Shown: positions 28,122-38,189 of the stretch, piece by piece
How positions within the stretch are numbered: the first letter of the stretch is position 1
How the letters are laid out: each line of letters opens with the position of its first letter
Assembly: GCA_029862185.1 (NCBI GenBank)
Contig: JAOTXX010000002.1
Coordinates: 23,162 to 87,161 of the forward strand
DNA length: 64,000 nucleotides
Direction of reading: 5' to 3'
Origin: Myxococcales bacterium
Lineage (GTDB): Bacteria > Myxococcota_A > Polyangia > Polyangiales > Houyiibacteriaceae
Position numbers and translations under genes: made by a program
The notes under the pieces: model-generated
The model's input: only the letters and a program-made list of their open reading frames with translations
What the model was told of the DNA's origin: nothing
The model's database searches: none

Positions 28122-29998
28122 GCGCCGCTTTCGAGGCACTCGCGGTACCAGAGCTCCAAGATCATCATCGACCAGAGCTGAAACCCTCGCGGCTCTCCTC
28201 GTTGATGGCGGGCCAGCATGTCTTCGACGGCAACGGGGTCGAAAATGCCGCGTTCGCGAGCGCGCTGGTCGAGGAGCACGTCGCGCGAAAGCGGCGCGAG
28301 GTCTTGCCGCATCCAGCGATCGATCGGGAGCCCAAAGCCCTGCTTGGAGCGCGTGAGGATCGGCCGGGGCAAAAGCGTTTCCGACATCCGGCGGAGCAGA
28401 AACTTCGTCGTGAATCCGCGGAGCTTCAACGAACCCGGCAGCGAGGCTGCAAAGTCCATGAGCTCCTGGTCGACCAGTGGACAGCGCACCTCGAGCGAAT
28501 GGGCCATGGAGGCGATGTCGACCTTGGTGAGGATGTTGTCGGTGAGGTAGGTTTGAATGTCGACGTCGAGAAGCCGGTTGACGGGATCTTTCGCGCGCGA
28601 GGCCTTGAACAGGCGTTCGAATTCCACAGCCATCTGGTCGTGCGCGAAGCGCTCCCGCATCGCAGGCGTGTAGATCGCCATGCGGTCTTTGTGCGGGATG
28701 GGTGAGGTCAGCCCCAAGAAGCGCTGGAACTCCGGCTGCATGATTCGTTCGCCGTAGTCCCGGACTTCCTGTGCCTGTGGCGTGGGAAGGTGCGTGAGCA
28801 CGCCGGCCAGGAGCTGCGGCAGCGGCCAGGGAAGCCGACGAATGTTCCGGGCGGTGCGGCAATGCTTGTAGCGCCGGTAGCCGGCAAATGCCTCGTCTCC
28901 TCCGTCGCCGCTCAGCGCAACGGTTACACCGGTTCGTGTGTATTCGCAGAGGTACCAAGTTGGCAGCGCCGACGTGTCCGCGAAGGGCTCGCCGTAGTGC
29001 CGCACGAGCTGTGGCACGACGGAGGTCATGTCGGGGTCGACGATCATCTCGTGGTGATCGGTCTCGTACCGTTCGGCGACCAGCTTGGCGTAGGGAAGCT
29101 CGCTGTTGTCCTTGCTCGTGAAGCCGACTGAGAACGTCTTGACCGGTTGAGAGGATTGGCGCGCCATCAGGGCGACGATCAGCGAGGAATCGAGGCCTCC
29201 GGAAAGGAACGCGCCGAGGGGGACATCGGACACCATGCGCACGCGGACGGCCTCTTCGACGATCTCGCGCAACTCTTCGGTCAGCGCATCGATGTCGCCG
29301 CCGTCACGAGGCTCGCCGAAGCGGAGACGATAGTAGGGCTCGGGCTCGTGGAACACACCAGCTTCGCAGACCAACCGGTGCCCGGCCGGCAGCTTCTTCA
29401 CACCTTCGAATGCCGTCATCGGCGCTGGCACGTACTGCATGGTGATGAACGCATCGATCGCGTCGAGGTCTGGCCGCTTCGCGAAACGCCTCGAGGCAGC
29501 CAGGGCGCCGAGCTCGGAGGCGAACACCAAGTCGTGCGAACCGGCATGATAGAAGAGGGGCTTCTTTCCGAACCGATCGCGCGCAAGCACGAGGCGCTTG
29601 CGTGGCCGATCCCAGAGCGCGATGGCGAACATGCCGCGCAGATGGTCCACAAAATCAACGCCGTGCTCTTCGTAAAGATGCAGGACGACCTCGGAGTCGG
29701 AGCGCGACTTGAAGCGGTGTCCGCGCTGCTCGAGCTCCTTGCGAAGCTCGATGAAGTTGTAAATCTCCCCGTTTACGACGACCGAAATGGTGTCGTCTTC
29801 GTTGGTCATCGGCTGTGCGCCCTCGTGTCGCAAATCGATGATGGACAACCTACGATGGCCGAGGCAGCAGGGGCCGTCGGTCCGCAGGCCGTGGTCATCC
29901 GGGCCACGGTACGTCATCGCGTCGCACATGCGACGAACCGCATCGGCCTCTGGTGCGGCGTTCTGATCGAGCGTTAGCAATCCTGCGATGCCGCACAC
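28118..29998 (-). CDS. asnB: asparagine synthase (glutamine-hydrolysing)-like amidotransferase
   Basis: MCGIAG, RGPD, GHRRLSIIDL, NGEIYN, RDRFGKKPL, FLSGGLDSS, LSGDGGDE.FAGY, SMAHSLEVR, KQGF. Confidence 0.93.
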   Translation of the reverse strand: MCGIAGLLTLDQNAAPEADAVRRMCDAMTYRGPDDHGLRTDGPCCLGHRRLSIIDLRHEGAQPMTNEDDTISVVVNGEIYNFIELRKELEQRGHRFKSRSDSEVVLHLYEEHGVDFVDHLRGMFAIALWDRPRKRLVLARDRFGKKPLFYHAGSHDLVFASELGALAASRRFAKRPDLDAIDAFITMQYVPAPMTAFEGVKKLPAGHRLVCEAGVFHEPEPYYRLRFGEPRDGGDIDALTEELREIVEEAVRVRMVSDVPLGAFLSGGLDSSLIVALMARQSSQPVKTFSVGFTSKDNSELPYAKLVAERYETDHHEMIVDPDMTSVVPQLVRHYGEPFADTSALPTWYLCEYTRTGVTVALSGDGGDEAFAGYRRYKHCRTARNIRRLPWPLPQLLAGVLTHLPTPQAQEVRDYGERIMQPEFQRFLGLTSPIPHKDRMAIYTPAMRERFAHDQMAVEFERLFKASRAKDPVNRLLDVDIQTYLTDNILTKVDIASMAHSLEVRCPLVDQELMDFAASLPGSLKLRGFTTKFLLRRMSETLLPRPILTRSKQGFGLPIDRWMRQDLAPLSRDVLLDQRARERGIFDPVAVEDMLARHQRGEPRGFQLWSMMILELWYRECLESGA

Positions 29999-30131
29999 GT
30001 GAAGAAATGTCCCCGCTTCGAGCTAGAAGAGTGGCGGATAGTTGTGCATCGTTTCGAGCGCGTCAAGCAGCCCGGACTTGCGGCGCTCCCATCGATGACC
30101 CATCGTTGCTCGCGATAAGAACCCGTTGATC

Positions 30132-31292
30132 ATGCCTGCCGCCGCCACCGCCGACTCGACGCGTCCCGACCTCGCGCTCTTGATTCCTTCCTATGCTGGA
30201 GGAGGAGCCGAGCGCGTGGCCTTGTTTCTGGCCCGCACCCTTGCCGAGTCCGGCCTGCGGGTCGATCTAGTCGTCGCCTGTGCGCATGGAGAGCTCCGTG
30301 ACGAACCGCTGCCCGGCGTGAACAAAGTAGAGCTCGGGGCGATTACCGAGATCCTGGCCGCTCCGGCGTGGATTCGCTACATTGGGCGCGTTCGACCCCG
30401 CTGCGCCATGTCGATGATCCACACGGCGAACTTCTCGGCGGGGCTCGGAGCACGCTTCAATTCTGAAGTTCCAATCATCGTCAACCTGCGTATCGCTCTT
30501 CAGTGCGACCCTGCCGCGCAGTGGTGGTTCCGAAAATGGTTTGGTTTCGGAATGGAACGCTTTCTCTACCAGCGCGCCGCGCGGGTGGTGGGAGTCTCGC
30601 AGGGCGTCGCAGAAGAAGCTGCGGAGCTCTTCAACCTAGCGCCGGAAAAGGTGCTATCGATTCCCAATCCTCGGCGCTCGCGGGACGCGTCGATGCAAAT
30701 CGCCGCAGAGCACGAGCCCTGGTTCGACAAGCCGGTCGTCCTCGGGGTTGGGCGCCTCGCCGCCCAAAAGGATTTTGCGATGATGCTTCGCGCGTTTGCC
30801 GAGCTAGTTCCCGAGCGAGACCTGCACCTGGTCATCCTGGGTAAGGGCCCCGAGCGCGCCGCCCTGGAGACTCAGGCGCGGGAACTCGGCCTCGCTGATC
30901 GCGTATTCTTCTCCGGCTTTGTGCCGAACCCCGAGGCCTATATGCGTTGCGCTCGCGTCTTCGCGCTCTCGTCGCGCAATGAGGGATTCCCTGGGGCTCT
31001 GATCGAGGCCCTGGAAGCGGGGGCCGCCATCGTTTCGACGGACTGCCCCTTCGGTCCGCACGAAGTTCTCGACAAAGGGCGATGGGGCCAACTCGTCCCC
31101 GTCGGAGATTCGCATGCGCTGGCGCTGGCGATCGTTGCCGAGCTCGAGCGACCGGACGTCGGTCATGCGGCGCGACGTGACGAGCGCGCCAACTGGATGA
31201 GACGCTACGACCCCCACGTGATCACCGATCGCTACGCCGATCTGGTGCGAACGGTTATCGAAGAGTCCGGGGACGCCGATCACCCTAGATGA
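30132..31292 (+). CDS. GT4 glycosyltransferase
   Basis: GGGAER, VGRLAAQKDF, SSRNEGFPGALIEA, STDCPFGPHE. Confidence 0.9.
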   Translation: MPAAATADSTRPDLALLIPSYAGGGAERVALFLARTLAESGLRVDLVVACAHGELRDEPLPGVNKVELGAITEILAAPAWIRYIGRVRPRCAMSMIHTANFSAGLGARFNSEVPIIVNLRIALQCDPAAQWWFRKWFGFGMERFLYQRAARVVGVSQGVAEEAAELFNLAPEKVLSIPNPRRSRDASMQIAAEHEPWFDKPVVLGVGRLAAQKDFAMMLRAFAELVPERDLHLVILGKGPERAALETQARELGLADRVFFSGFVPNPEAYMRCARVFALSSRNEGFPGALIEALEAGAAIVSTDCPFGPHEVLDKGRWGQLVPVGDSHALALAIVAELERPDVGHAARRDERANWMRRYDPHVITDRYADLVRTVIEESGDADHPR

Positions 31293-31406
31293 GCGGGAGC
31301 CCGGAAGCCTCTATCACGGCCTGTTTTCCCGCGGGACAGCGCTGGGAACAAGGCCGCAGGCCGTGCCGGCTTCTACGCACCCAGCAAGGGTGGTACTCTT
31401 CGGCCA

Positions 31407-31838
31407 ATGACCACCGTAGCGCAGTTACTCGATCACAAGGGCCACGATATCCAAGCCGTTTCACCCGATGACACGGTCTACGATGCGATCAAACGCATGT
31501 CCGATCTCGACATCGGCGCACTGGTCGTGATCGACGGCGAGAAGGTCATTGGCCTGATTACCGAGCGCGACTACGCCCGTAACGTCTTTCTCCTCGGCAA
31601 GGCTTCGCCGACCACCCGAGTGCGCGACGCGATGGCCGAGGAGGTCCTGTCCGTCGGCCGCAAGGCAACGACACGGGAATGCATGGCGATCATGACGGGA
31701 AAGCGAACGAGGCATCTGCTCGTGATGGAGGCTAACGAGCTCCTCGGCATCTTGTCGATCGGTGACCTCGTCCGCAGTATCGTTGCCGAGCAGGACATGA
31801 CGATCGATCAGCTCGAGCAATACATCCTACGCGGTTGA
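31407..31838 (+). CDS. CBS domain pair protein
   Basis: IGALVV...GLITERDY...RHL.V...GILSIGDLV. Confidence 0.92.
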   Translation: MTTVAQLLDHKGHDIQAVSPDDTVYDAIKRMSDLDIGALVVIDGEKVIGLITERDYARNVFLLGKASPTTRVRDAMAEEVLSVGRKATTRECMAIMTGKRTRHLLVMEANELLGILSIGDLVRSIVAEQDMTIDQLEQYILRG

Positions 31839-31841
31839 TTC

Positions 31842-32789
31842 GTGGGGAAACGCAGCAAAGCCTGGCTCGAGCAGTTTACCACCGACGAGATTCGGGAGCT
31901 TCGCGCCATTCGCGAGCATCGGGCCTGGCTCACGCTGTTCGTCAACTATGGGCTGATCGCCGCGTCGATGGCCTTGGTCGCCTCCCTGCCCAACGTATTC
32001 ACGGTCGTATTGGCGCTTTTCATCATCGGTGCGCGACAGCTCGGGCTCGCGGTCGTGATGCACGAAAGCGCGCATTACACGCTCTTCAAGAATCGCAAGT
32101 TCAACGACTTCGTGGGCAACTGGCTTGCGGGCTACCCGATCTATCTGAGCGCAAACATGTACCGGGCGCATCACCTCGAGCATCACGCCAAGACCTGGAC
32201 GGACGGCGATCCGGACCTCTCGCTCGCGACGACGTTTCCGGTCTCGAAAGCCAGCATGGCGCGAAAGGTCATCCGCGACCTGCTCGGCATCACCGGGTTG
32301 AAGAAGCTAATCGGCACCACCTATCTCGTGGTCAAGGTGATCGGCGGCGAGGAGGTCGATTCCGGGACGCTTCCGATGCGAATGGAACGCCGTCCGGCGA
32401 TTCGGATGGTCGTTGGCACAGTGCTCACCAACCTGATCCTCCTTGGAGTGCTGTGGGCCTTCGGCCATCCCTTGCTGTACCTCCTCTGGTTTGGCGCCTG
32501 GATGACGACGAACAATCTCGTCGCCCGCATCCGGTCGATCGCCGAGCACGCGGTCGTCCCTGATTCGGGCGATCCGATGGGCCAAACCCGCACGGTGCGC
32601 GCCGGTTGGCTCGAACGGCTGTTGATCGCGCCCAACTGCGTTCAGTACCACCTGGAGCACCACCTGGTGATGACCGTGCCGCACTACAACCTCCCGAAGT
32701 TCCACGCGATGATGCGGGAGCGCGGGTTGCTCGAGGGCGCCTGCGTCGCCGACAACTACGTTCAGGTCCTGCGCGCAGCCGTCGCCTGA
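31842..32789 (+). CDS. membrane fatty acid desaturase family protein
   Basis: His boxes HESAH, HHLEHH, YHLEHH; AEH; VPHYNLP. Confidence 0.88.
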   Translation: MGKRSKAWLEQFTTDEIRELRAIREHRAWLTLFVNYGLIAASMALVASLPNVFTVVLALFIIGARQLGLAVVMHESAHYTLFKNRKFNDFVGNWLAGYPIYLSANMYRAHHLEHHAKTWTDGDPDLSLATTFPVSKASMARKVIRDLLGITGLKKLIGTTYLVVKVIGGEEVDSGTLPMRMERRPAIRMVVGTVLTNLILLGVLWAFGHPLLYLLWFGAWMTTNNLVARIRSIAEHAVVPDSGDPMGQTRTVRAGWLERLLIAPNCVQYHLEHHLVMTVPHYNLPKFHAMMRERGLLEGACVADNYVQVLRAAVA

Positions 32790-32808
32790 GGCGTGGAGGG
32801 CGTCTGCC

Positions 32809-33708
32809 TCAGCCCCGAGTCGCGGCAAGTGCTGCGATTAGGATCGTCAGGGCTACATAGCTGCTGGCGACACGCCGGTGCGACCAGCCCGACTGGTTCA
32901 GTCGCTGGTAGATGTGCGACTTGTGGGCCTCGAAGATGTCCTCGCGCTTGAGGAGTCGACGCATCAAGGTGAAGATGGCGTCGCCGAGGAGCGGCGCAGT
33001 TACGGCGCCGGCCCACCACATCGTGCTTGCGTCCGGTGCGCGGAGGAGGGCCAATGCGACGGCGCCGCCGAGGACAGTGCTTCCCGAGTCTCCCATGAAG
33101 ATCTTTGCTGGCGGCCAGTTCCAGAATAGAAAGGCTACGAGAGCGGCGACCAGCAGCCACCAGCCGGGCTGGTTCAGGTACAGGGCAAAGAACCCCAGTT
33201 GGACGGCGCAGCAGCCGCCGACTAGGCCGTCGAGGCCGTCCATGAAGTTGTAGAAGTTGATCAGCGCCGTGATCGCGATAACGCTGAGCAATTGGGTCAA
33301 CCACGGGGCGCCAAGCTGCCCGAGGACAGAGTCGAGGCCGGGGAACGAGCCGAAGAGAAACACCGCGAGACCTGCAGAGATGAGCTGAACGAGGTAACGG
33401 AGCTGCACCGAAAGCCCGCGTGCGTCGTCGACCGTGCCGACCGCCCAGAGCGGCAGGAGCACGAGGATCGATCCTTTCAATAGAGACGGTGTGCCGTCTG
33501 CTTCCTCGTTCATGACGATGGCGGCGAGCATTGCCGTCACAAAGAATGCGGCTACGAATGCGATGCCTCCGCCGCTTGGCGTAGGCCGTGTGTGTGAGCT
33601 TCGTTGGTTTGGGACGTCGATGAATTGGTCGGACAGACGGCGCGCAACGACCCAAATTCCAGTCCAGCTCAGCGCAAACGAGAGGATCGAGAGCATGGCC
33701 CAGCTCAT
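32809..33708 (-). CDS. MraY/WecA-family polyprenyl-phosphate sugar-1-phosphate transferase (WbpL-like)
   Basis: DVPNQRSSH.RPTP.GGG, DD, NFYNFMDGLDG, NWPPAKIFMGDSGS, AHKSHIYQRL. Confidence 0.9.
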   Translation of the reverse strand: MSWAMLSILSFALSWTGIWVVARRLSDQFIDVPNQRSSHTRPTPSGGGIAFVAAFFVTAMLAAIVMNEEADGTPSLLKGSILVLLPLWAVGTVDDARGLSVQLRYLVQLISAGLAVFLFGSFPGLDSVLGQLGAPWLTQLLSVIAITALINFYNFMDGLDGLVGGCCAVQLGFFALYLNQPGWWLLVAALVAFLFWNWPPAKIFMGDSGSTVLGGAVALALLRAPDASTMWWAGAVTAPLLGDAIFTLMRRLLKREDIFEAHKSHIYQRLNQSGWSHRRVASSYVALTILIAALAATRG

Positions 33709-34694
33709 GGTGCAGCCAACATGCGTCCTAGGCCTTCGTCCACGCCAATTGGGGGAGTCCAGCCGAGTTTTTCGTAAAGCGGTTCGATGTCAACGTACAG
33801 CGACGATTCCAACCGGCGAAGGGTGGCGCGGTCCAGAGGGAGAGACCAGCCCGTTGCATCGGCGATTGCTTCTGCCCCTCTGGCAACGCCGCGCAAAAGG
33901 GGCATCGGGACGGAAACGAGCCGCGTACGGCTCCCAGTCAGCGTGGCGATCCGGCGAACTAGCTCGGCCGTAGACAGGTCCTCGCCGTCGCCAAGCAAGA
34001 ACACGGCGTCGGCGGCGTTGCGATGCGTGAGGGTCATCATTACAGCCTCGACGAGGTTCTCGACGAACGTGAAGCTGCGGCGATTCGCGACGGCGCCGAG
34101 AGGGAGAGGCAGGCCGCGGCGCACGAGGCGTACGAGTCGGCCCATGTTCCCGGGGTTGCCGGGCCCATAGACGAGGGTGGGGCGAAGAATCGTCCAGACC
34201 AGGTTTGTCCCGCGGCTTTGATCGATGAGCACGCGCTCGGCCGCGAGCTTGCTTCGCCCGTACGGCGTTTCGGGTTTGCAAGGAGTGTCCAGCGTGACGA
34301 GCCTGTCCGACGAGGCCGTCACGGCTCCGATCGAGCTCATCAGGATGAATCGTCGTACGCCCGCCTCGATCGATTGCTCTACCAACTGTGACGTCCCGCG
34401 TGCGTTCACGCTCATGAACGCCTCTTCGTCCTCGGCTGTCTCGTCGAGCACATGCGCACGCGCGGCAAGGTGGATGACGGCATCGACGTCCCGCAACGCT
34501 TCGCGCCAATCGGTGCCCGCGTGGATCTCGCCGATCACCAAGAGGCGGCGCGTGTTCGGAGCGATCGATTTGGGCAGCCGAGCTTCGGCGCCGGAGTCCC
34601 GTACGGGGAGGGTGAGCGAGTGCCCACCGCGTTCCAATGCTGGAAGGAGATGGCTGCCGACAAATCCTGTCGCACCCGTGACCAACACTTTCAT
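33705..34694 (-). CDS. NAD-dependent nucleotide-sugar epimerase/reductase (WbpV-like)
   Basis: VTGATGFVG, IHLAARAH, YGRSK, RPTLVYGPG..GN, NRRS. Confidence 0.88.
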   Translation of the reverse strand: MKVLVTGATGFVGSHLLPALERGGHSLTLPVRDSGAEARLPKSIAPNTRRLLVIGEIHAGTDWREALRDVDAVIHLAARAHVLDETAEDEEAFMSVNARGTSQLVEQSIEAGVRRFILMSSIGAVTASSDRLVTLDTPCKPETPYGRSKLAAERVLIDQSRGTNLVWTILRPTLVYGPGNPGNMGRLVRLVRRGLPLPLGAVANRRSFTFVENLVEAVMMTLTHRNAADAVFLLGDGEDLSTAELVRRIATLTGSRTRLVSVPMPLLRGVARGAEAIADATGWSLPLDRATLRRLESSLYVDIEPLYEKLGWTPPIGVDEGLGRMLAAP

Positions 34695-35851
34695 GCGAAG
34701 CTCACGCCGAGCTCGCGGTAGCAGTTTTCCAAGCGCGCAAAGACGAACTGCTCGTCAAACGTGGTCACGACTCGCTCCCGGCCGGCTTCACCAAAACGCT
34801 GCGCAAGCTCACGGTCGGAGAGGACTTGCGCAATGGCGTGTTTCAGCGCGCTGCCGTCCCGAGCTGGAACGAGCAAACCCGTGACCTGATCTGCCACGGC
34901 CTCCCGGCAACCGCGGATTCGAGTCGCGACGACGGGGAGCTCCATAGCCATCGCTTCGAGGACCGAACGCGGCAGACCTTCGCGGTACGACGGCAAGACG
35001 AATACATCCAGGAGTCCCAACAGGTCTTGAACGTCGTCGCGAAACCCCGCGAACGTGACGTGTGAGTCGAGCCCGTGTTCGCCGATGAAGTCGACGAGCC
35101 GGTCTTGAAAATCATCGCGTTCGGTCGACAGCTGGCCGCCGATCACGATCAAATGGGCCTCTGGGAAATCCTCGCGGAGGAGTGACATGGCTTCGATGAG
35201 CTCGCCGAAGCCCTTTTCTTCGGTGATGCGTCCGGTGATGCCGAGGATCGGTCCATGGCTTTCGGGAACACCGAGCTCCCTTCGGAGCTCCCTTCGGCGC
35301 TCCTCGTTCAGGGTCGTCCGGTCGAAGCGTCCCAAATCGATGCCGTTGCCAAGATACCGAATCTTCTCGGCCGAGCCGAGCCCCGTCGTCACGGCCGTGT
35401 CGAAGTCTTCTTGGCTTTGCACCAAAATGCGGTCGGTGATCTGGGCAACCGATTTCTCGATGCCATGGTAGAGCGCGTACTTCTGCCGGGGCATGTCGTC
35501 GTGAAAATAGAACCCGTGCGCCGTGTACAGGATTCGTTCTATGCCGGCGAGCTTTGCCGCGACGCGTCCCAAGACCGAAGCGACTGGGGCGTGTGTATGC
35601 ACCAGGTCGTAGTTCTGCGCGCGCATGAGCTTGCTGAGATCCAAGACGCTTTTCGAATTCGGCACCGGCGAGATTCTTCTGTCGATCTGAATTTCGTGAA
35701 TGGTGTAGCCGCGGGCGCGCAGCCTCTCGACTCGCGGGTCAGGCGAGCATACCGCCTCCACCGAGAGCCCGCGCCCCCTGAGAAAGTCGATCTGGGGCAA
35801 CAGCAGGGTCTCGAGACCGAATGCCACCGCGCAGACGTGGAGCACCTTCAT
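34691..35851 (-). CDS. GT4 glycosyltransferase (CapM-like)
   Basis: VHTHAP, YTAHGFYF, GNGID, GR...EKG, LPSYREGLPRSVLEAMA. Confidence 0.9.
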   Translation of the reverse strand: MKVLHVCAVAFGLETLLLPQIDFLRGRGLSVEAVCSPDPRVERLRARGYTIHEIQIDRRISPVPNSKSVLDLSKLMRAQNYDLVHTHAPVASVLGRVAAKLAGIERILYTAHGFYFHDDMPRQKYALYHGIEKSVAQITDRILVQSQEDFDTAVTTGLGSAEKIRYLGNGIDLGRFDRTTLNEERRRELRRELGVPESHGPILGITGRITEEKGFGELIEAMSLLREDFPEAHLIVIGGQLSTERDDFQDRLVDFIGEHGLDSHVTFAGFRDDVQDLLGLLDVFVLPSYREGLPRSVLEAMAMELPVVATRIRGCREAVADQVTGLLVPARDGSALKHAIAQVLSDRELAQRFGEAGRERVVTTFDEQFVFARLENCYRELGVSFA

Positions 35852-35916
35852 GACGCGGCGGAGTCTAGCAGCCCGCCTGGAGAACGGGCACAAACCGTCG
35901 TAGGCTGCCCTAGCCG

Positions 35917-36693
35917 ATGCAAGAAGGATTGGTCACCGCGCTCTTGTGGCTCTTGTTTGGCGGCAGTCATGTCGTCCTTTCCATTCGGGCGATTCGCACG
36001 CGCATGGTCGCGCGATTGGGTGAGGTGGGTTTCATTCTCGTCTACTCGCTCGTGGCGATCGGGACCTTTGCTGCACTGATCCACTACGTCGCGCTGCATC
36101 GCTTGGCAGAGCCTCAGACCTCTCTCCTGGTGACGGTTCCTCCGGTGCGCGGCGCGCTGATCGCGCTCTCAGTCATCGGCTTTTCGCTTTTCGTTGCGGC
36201 GGTGCTGGTCTACCCGAGGCTTCCAATGGCGACGTTTCGCCATCGCGTGATGCCCGCGCGAGGGATTCAACAGCTCACCCGACACCCGTTCTTCTCGGGC
36301 ATTGCGATTTGGGCAGCGTCCCATGCATTGCTCGCGCCCTCGAGGGTGACGTTCGTCTTCTTCATCGGAGTGGTCGTCCTTTCGTTCGTGGGAGGCATGC
36401 ATCAGGATCGCCGGCTCATAGCCGAGCTGGGGGAGCCCTACCGCGCCTATGTCGCGGCGACTTCGTTCTGGCCGTTCGTCGCGGTCATCACCAAACGGCA
36501 AACGATCAACTGGCGCGAGCAACCGTGGTTCGCGTACGGCATCGGCATCGGGGCGAGTCTCGGCCTCTACGAAGTGCATGACGACATTTTCAATCGCGGT
36601 GGCGCATATGTGATCGCCGCTGTCACCGTGGGATCGATCCTCGCCCTCGTGAATTCGCGTGCACGCGCGCGGCGCCCACGGAAGGAATCTTGA
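35917..36693 (+). CDS. NnrU family membrane protein
   Basis: F.GSH, R...GE..F...YS, GIQQLTRHP, WAASH, HQDRR, TSFWPF. Confidence 0.82.
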   Translation: MQEGLVTALLWLLFGGSHVVLSIRAIRTRMVARLGEVGFILVYSLVAIGTFAALIHYVALHRLAEPQTSLLVTVPPVRGALIALSVIGFSLFVAAVLVYPRLPMATFRHRVMPARGIQQLTRHPFFSGIAIWAASHALLAPSRVTFVFFIGVVVLSFVGGMHQDRRLIAELGEPYRAYVAATSFWPFVAVITKRQTINWREQPWFAYGIGIGASLGLYEVHDDIFNRGGAYVIAAVTVGSILALVNSRARARRPRKES

Positions 36694-36694
36694 C

Positions 36695-38182
36695 GTGTTC
36701 GAAGACTACGTCGACTACGATGGACTCGGCCTCGCGGCGCTCGTTGCAAACCGTGAGGTCCATCCGAGCGAGATTCTGGAGGCCGCCATCCATCGTGCGC
36801 AGAAGCTGAACCCGGAGCTCAACGCCATCGTGACACCGCTCCACGACCATGCGCGTGCGCGTGCACGAAATGAGCTTTCGGGTCCGTTTGCCGGCGTGCC
36901 CTTTCTTCTCAAGGACGCCCACCACGCGCTCGAGGGCACGCCGATGAGCAACGGGAGCCGGCTTCACCGAGGCGAGCGGTCTTCATTCACCGCGGAGATC
37001 GTTCGACGCTTCCTCGACGCTGGGGTCATCGTCTTCGGAAAGACCAACACCCCCGAGTACAAGCTCTCCGTTTTCACGATGCCCAAGGCCTGGGGCGCAA
37101 CCCGGAATCCCTGGGACCTGAGTCGATCGGCGGGGGGGTCGAGCGGGGGCTCGGCGGCGGCCGTTGCGGCGGCGATCGTGCCCATGGCGTCCGCCACCGA
37201 CGAGGGGGGCTCGATCCGGATGCCGGCCTCGGCCTGCGGCGTATTCGGCCTCAAGCCGAGTCGCGGCCGCAATCCGATCGGGCCGGACTTCGGCTGGGAG
37301 TACGAGGGACAGTCGACCTCCCACATCGTGAGCCGGACGGTCCGCGACTCCGCCGCGATGCTCGACGCCACCGCCGGCCCAGAGCTCGGCTCGCCCTACG
37401 TGGCGCCCGGTCCGACTGGATTTCTGGCGGGCCTCGAGTCGGATCTGGGCCAATTGCGTGTCGGTATGTCGACAGCCAGCCAAGTGTTCGGCGTGACGAT
37501 GGAAAGTCCCTGCACCGAGGCGGTGCGCGCGACAGGCCGTCTTTTACAGGACTTGGGCCACATCGTCGAAGAAGTCCCGCTCCCGTTTGACGAATGGGAG
37601 GTGCTCCGAGCGTCCATCATCCTCGGCGCAACCAATACAGCGGCCGTCGTCTCCGACTTGGAGGCAAGATACGGTCGCGCCAAGGTCCGGGGCTCACTTG
37701 AAGAGGTCGTCCTGCTCCTCGCCGCGGTGGGGAGGGCGCTTCCGGCCGAGCAGGTGGGCTCGTCTCGGTGGACAGGCAGGCGTGTAGGTCTAGCGCTGGC
37801 GAAGTTCTACACGCGCTATGACCTTCTCCTGATACCGACCATGGGTCGGGTGCCGGTGCTTCTCGAGGAGGCGGCACCGACCAAAGCGGAGCAAGGGTTG
37901 CTTCGCTGGCTGGTGTCTCGGCCGGCCGCGGGCCTGTTTGGAGTCCGCGCGCTCCGCGAGCGCGTCATGGATGCCCAGATGAAGGCCTTCTCCCAGCAGG
38001 TGCTCCATCGGACGATGGTGGCCAACTTGACCGGTGTCCCGGCGATGTCCGTGCCGCTTCATCGAACCAAGAAGGGCTTGCCGGTCGGGGTACAGTTCGT
38101 TGGACCGTACGGAGACGAAGGGCGAATGCTGAGGCTCGCGGCTCAGCTCGAGCAGGCCAAGCCCTGGCCGTTCCGCCGATGA
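36695..38182 (+). CDS. amidase signature family protein
   Basis: GVPFLLKD, GKTNTPE, GGSSGGSAAAVAA, DEGGSIRMPA, GLKPSRGR, GLPVGVQ. Confidence 0.92.
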   Translation: MFEDYVDYDGLGLAALVANREVHPSEILEAAIHRAQKLNPELNAIVTPLHDHARARARNELSGPFAGVPFLLKDAHHALEGTPMSNGSRLHRGERSSFTAEIVRRFLDAGVIVFGKTNTPEYKLSVFTMPKAWGATRNPWDLSRSAGGSSGGSAAAVAAAIVPMASATDEGGSIRMPASACGVFGLKPSRGRNPIGPDFGWEYEGQSTSHIVSRTVRDSAAMLDATAGPELGSPYVAPGPTGFLAGLESDLGQLRVGMSTASQVFGVTMESPCTEAVRATGRLLQDLGHIVEEVPLPFDEWEVLRASIILGATNTAAVVSDLEARYGRAKVRGSLEEVVLLLAAVGRALPAEQVGSSRWTGRRVGLALAKFYTRYDLLLIPTMGRVPVLLEEAAPTKAEQGLLRWLVSRPAAGLFGVRALRERVMDAQMKAFSQQVLHRTMVANLTGVPAMSVPLHRTKKGLPVGVQFVGPYGDEGRMLRLAAQLEQAKPWPFRR

Positions 38183-38189
38183 CGGTCGC

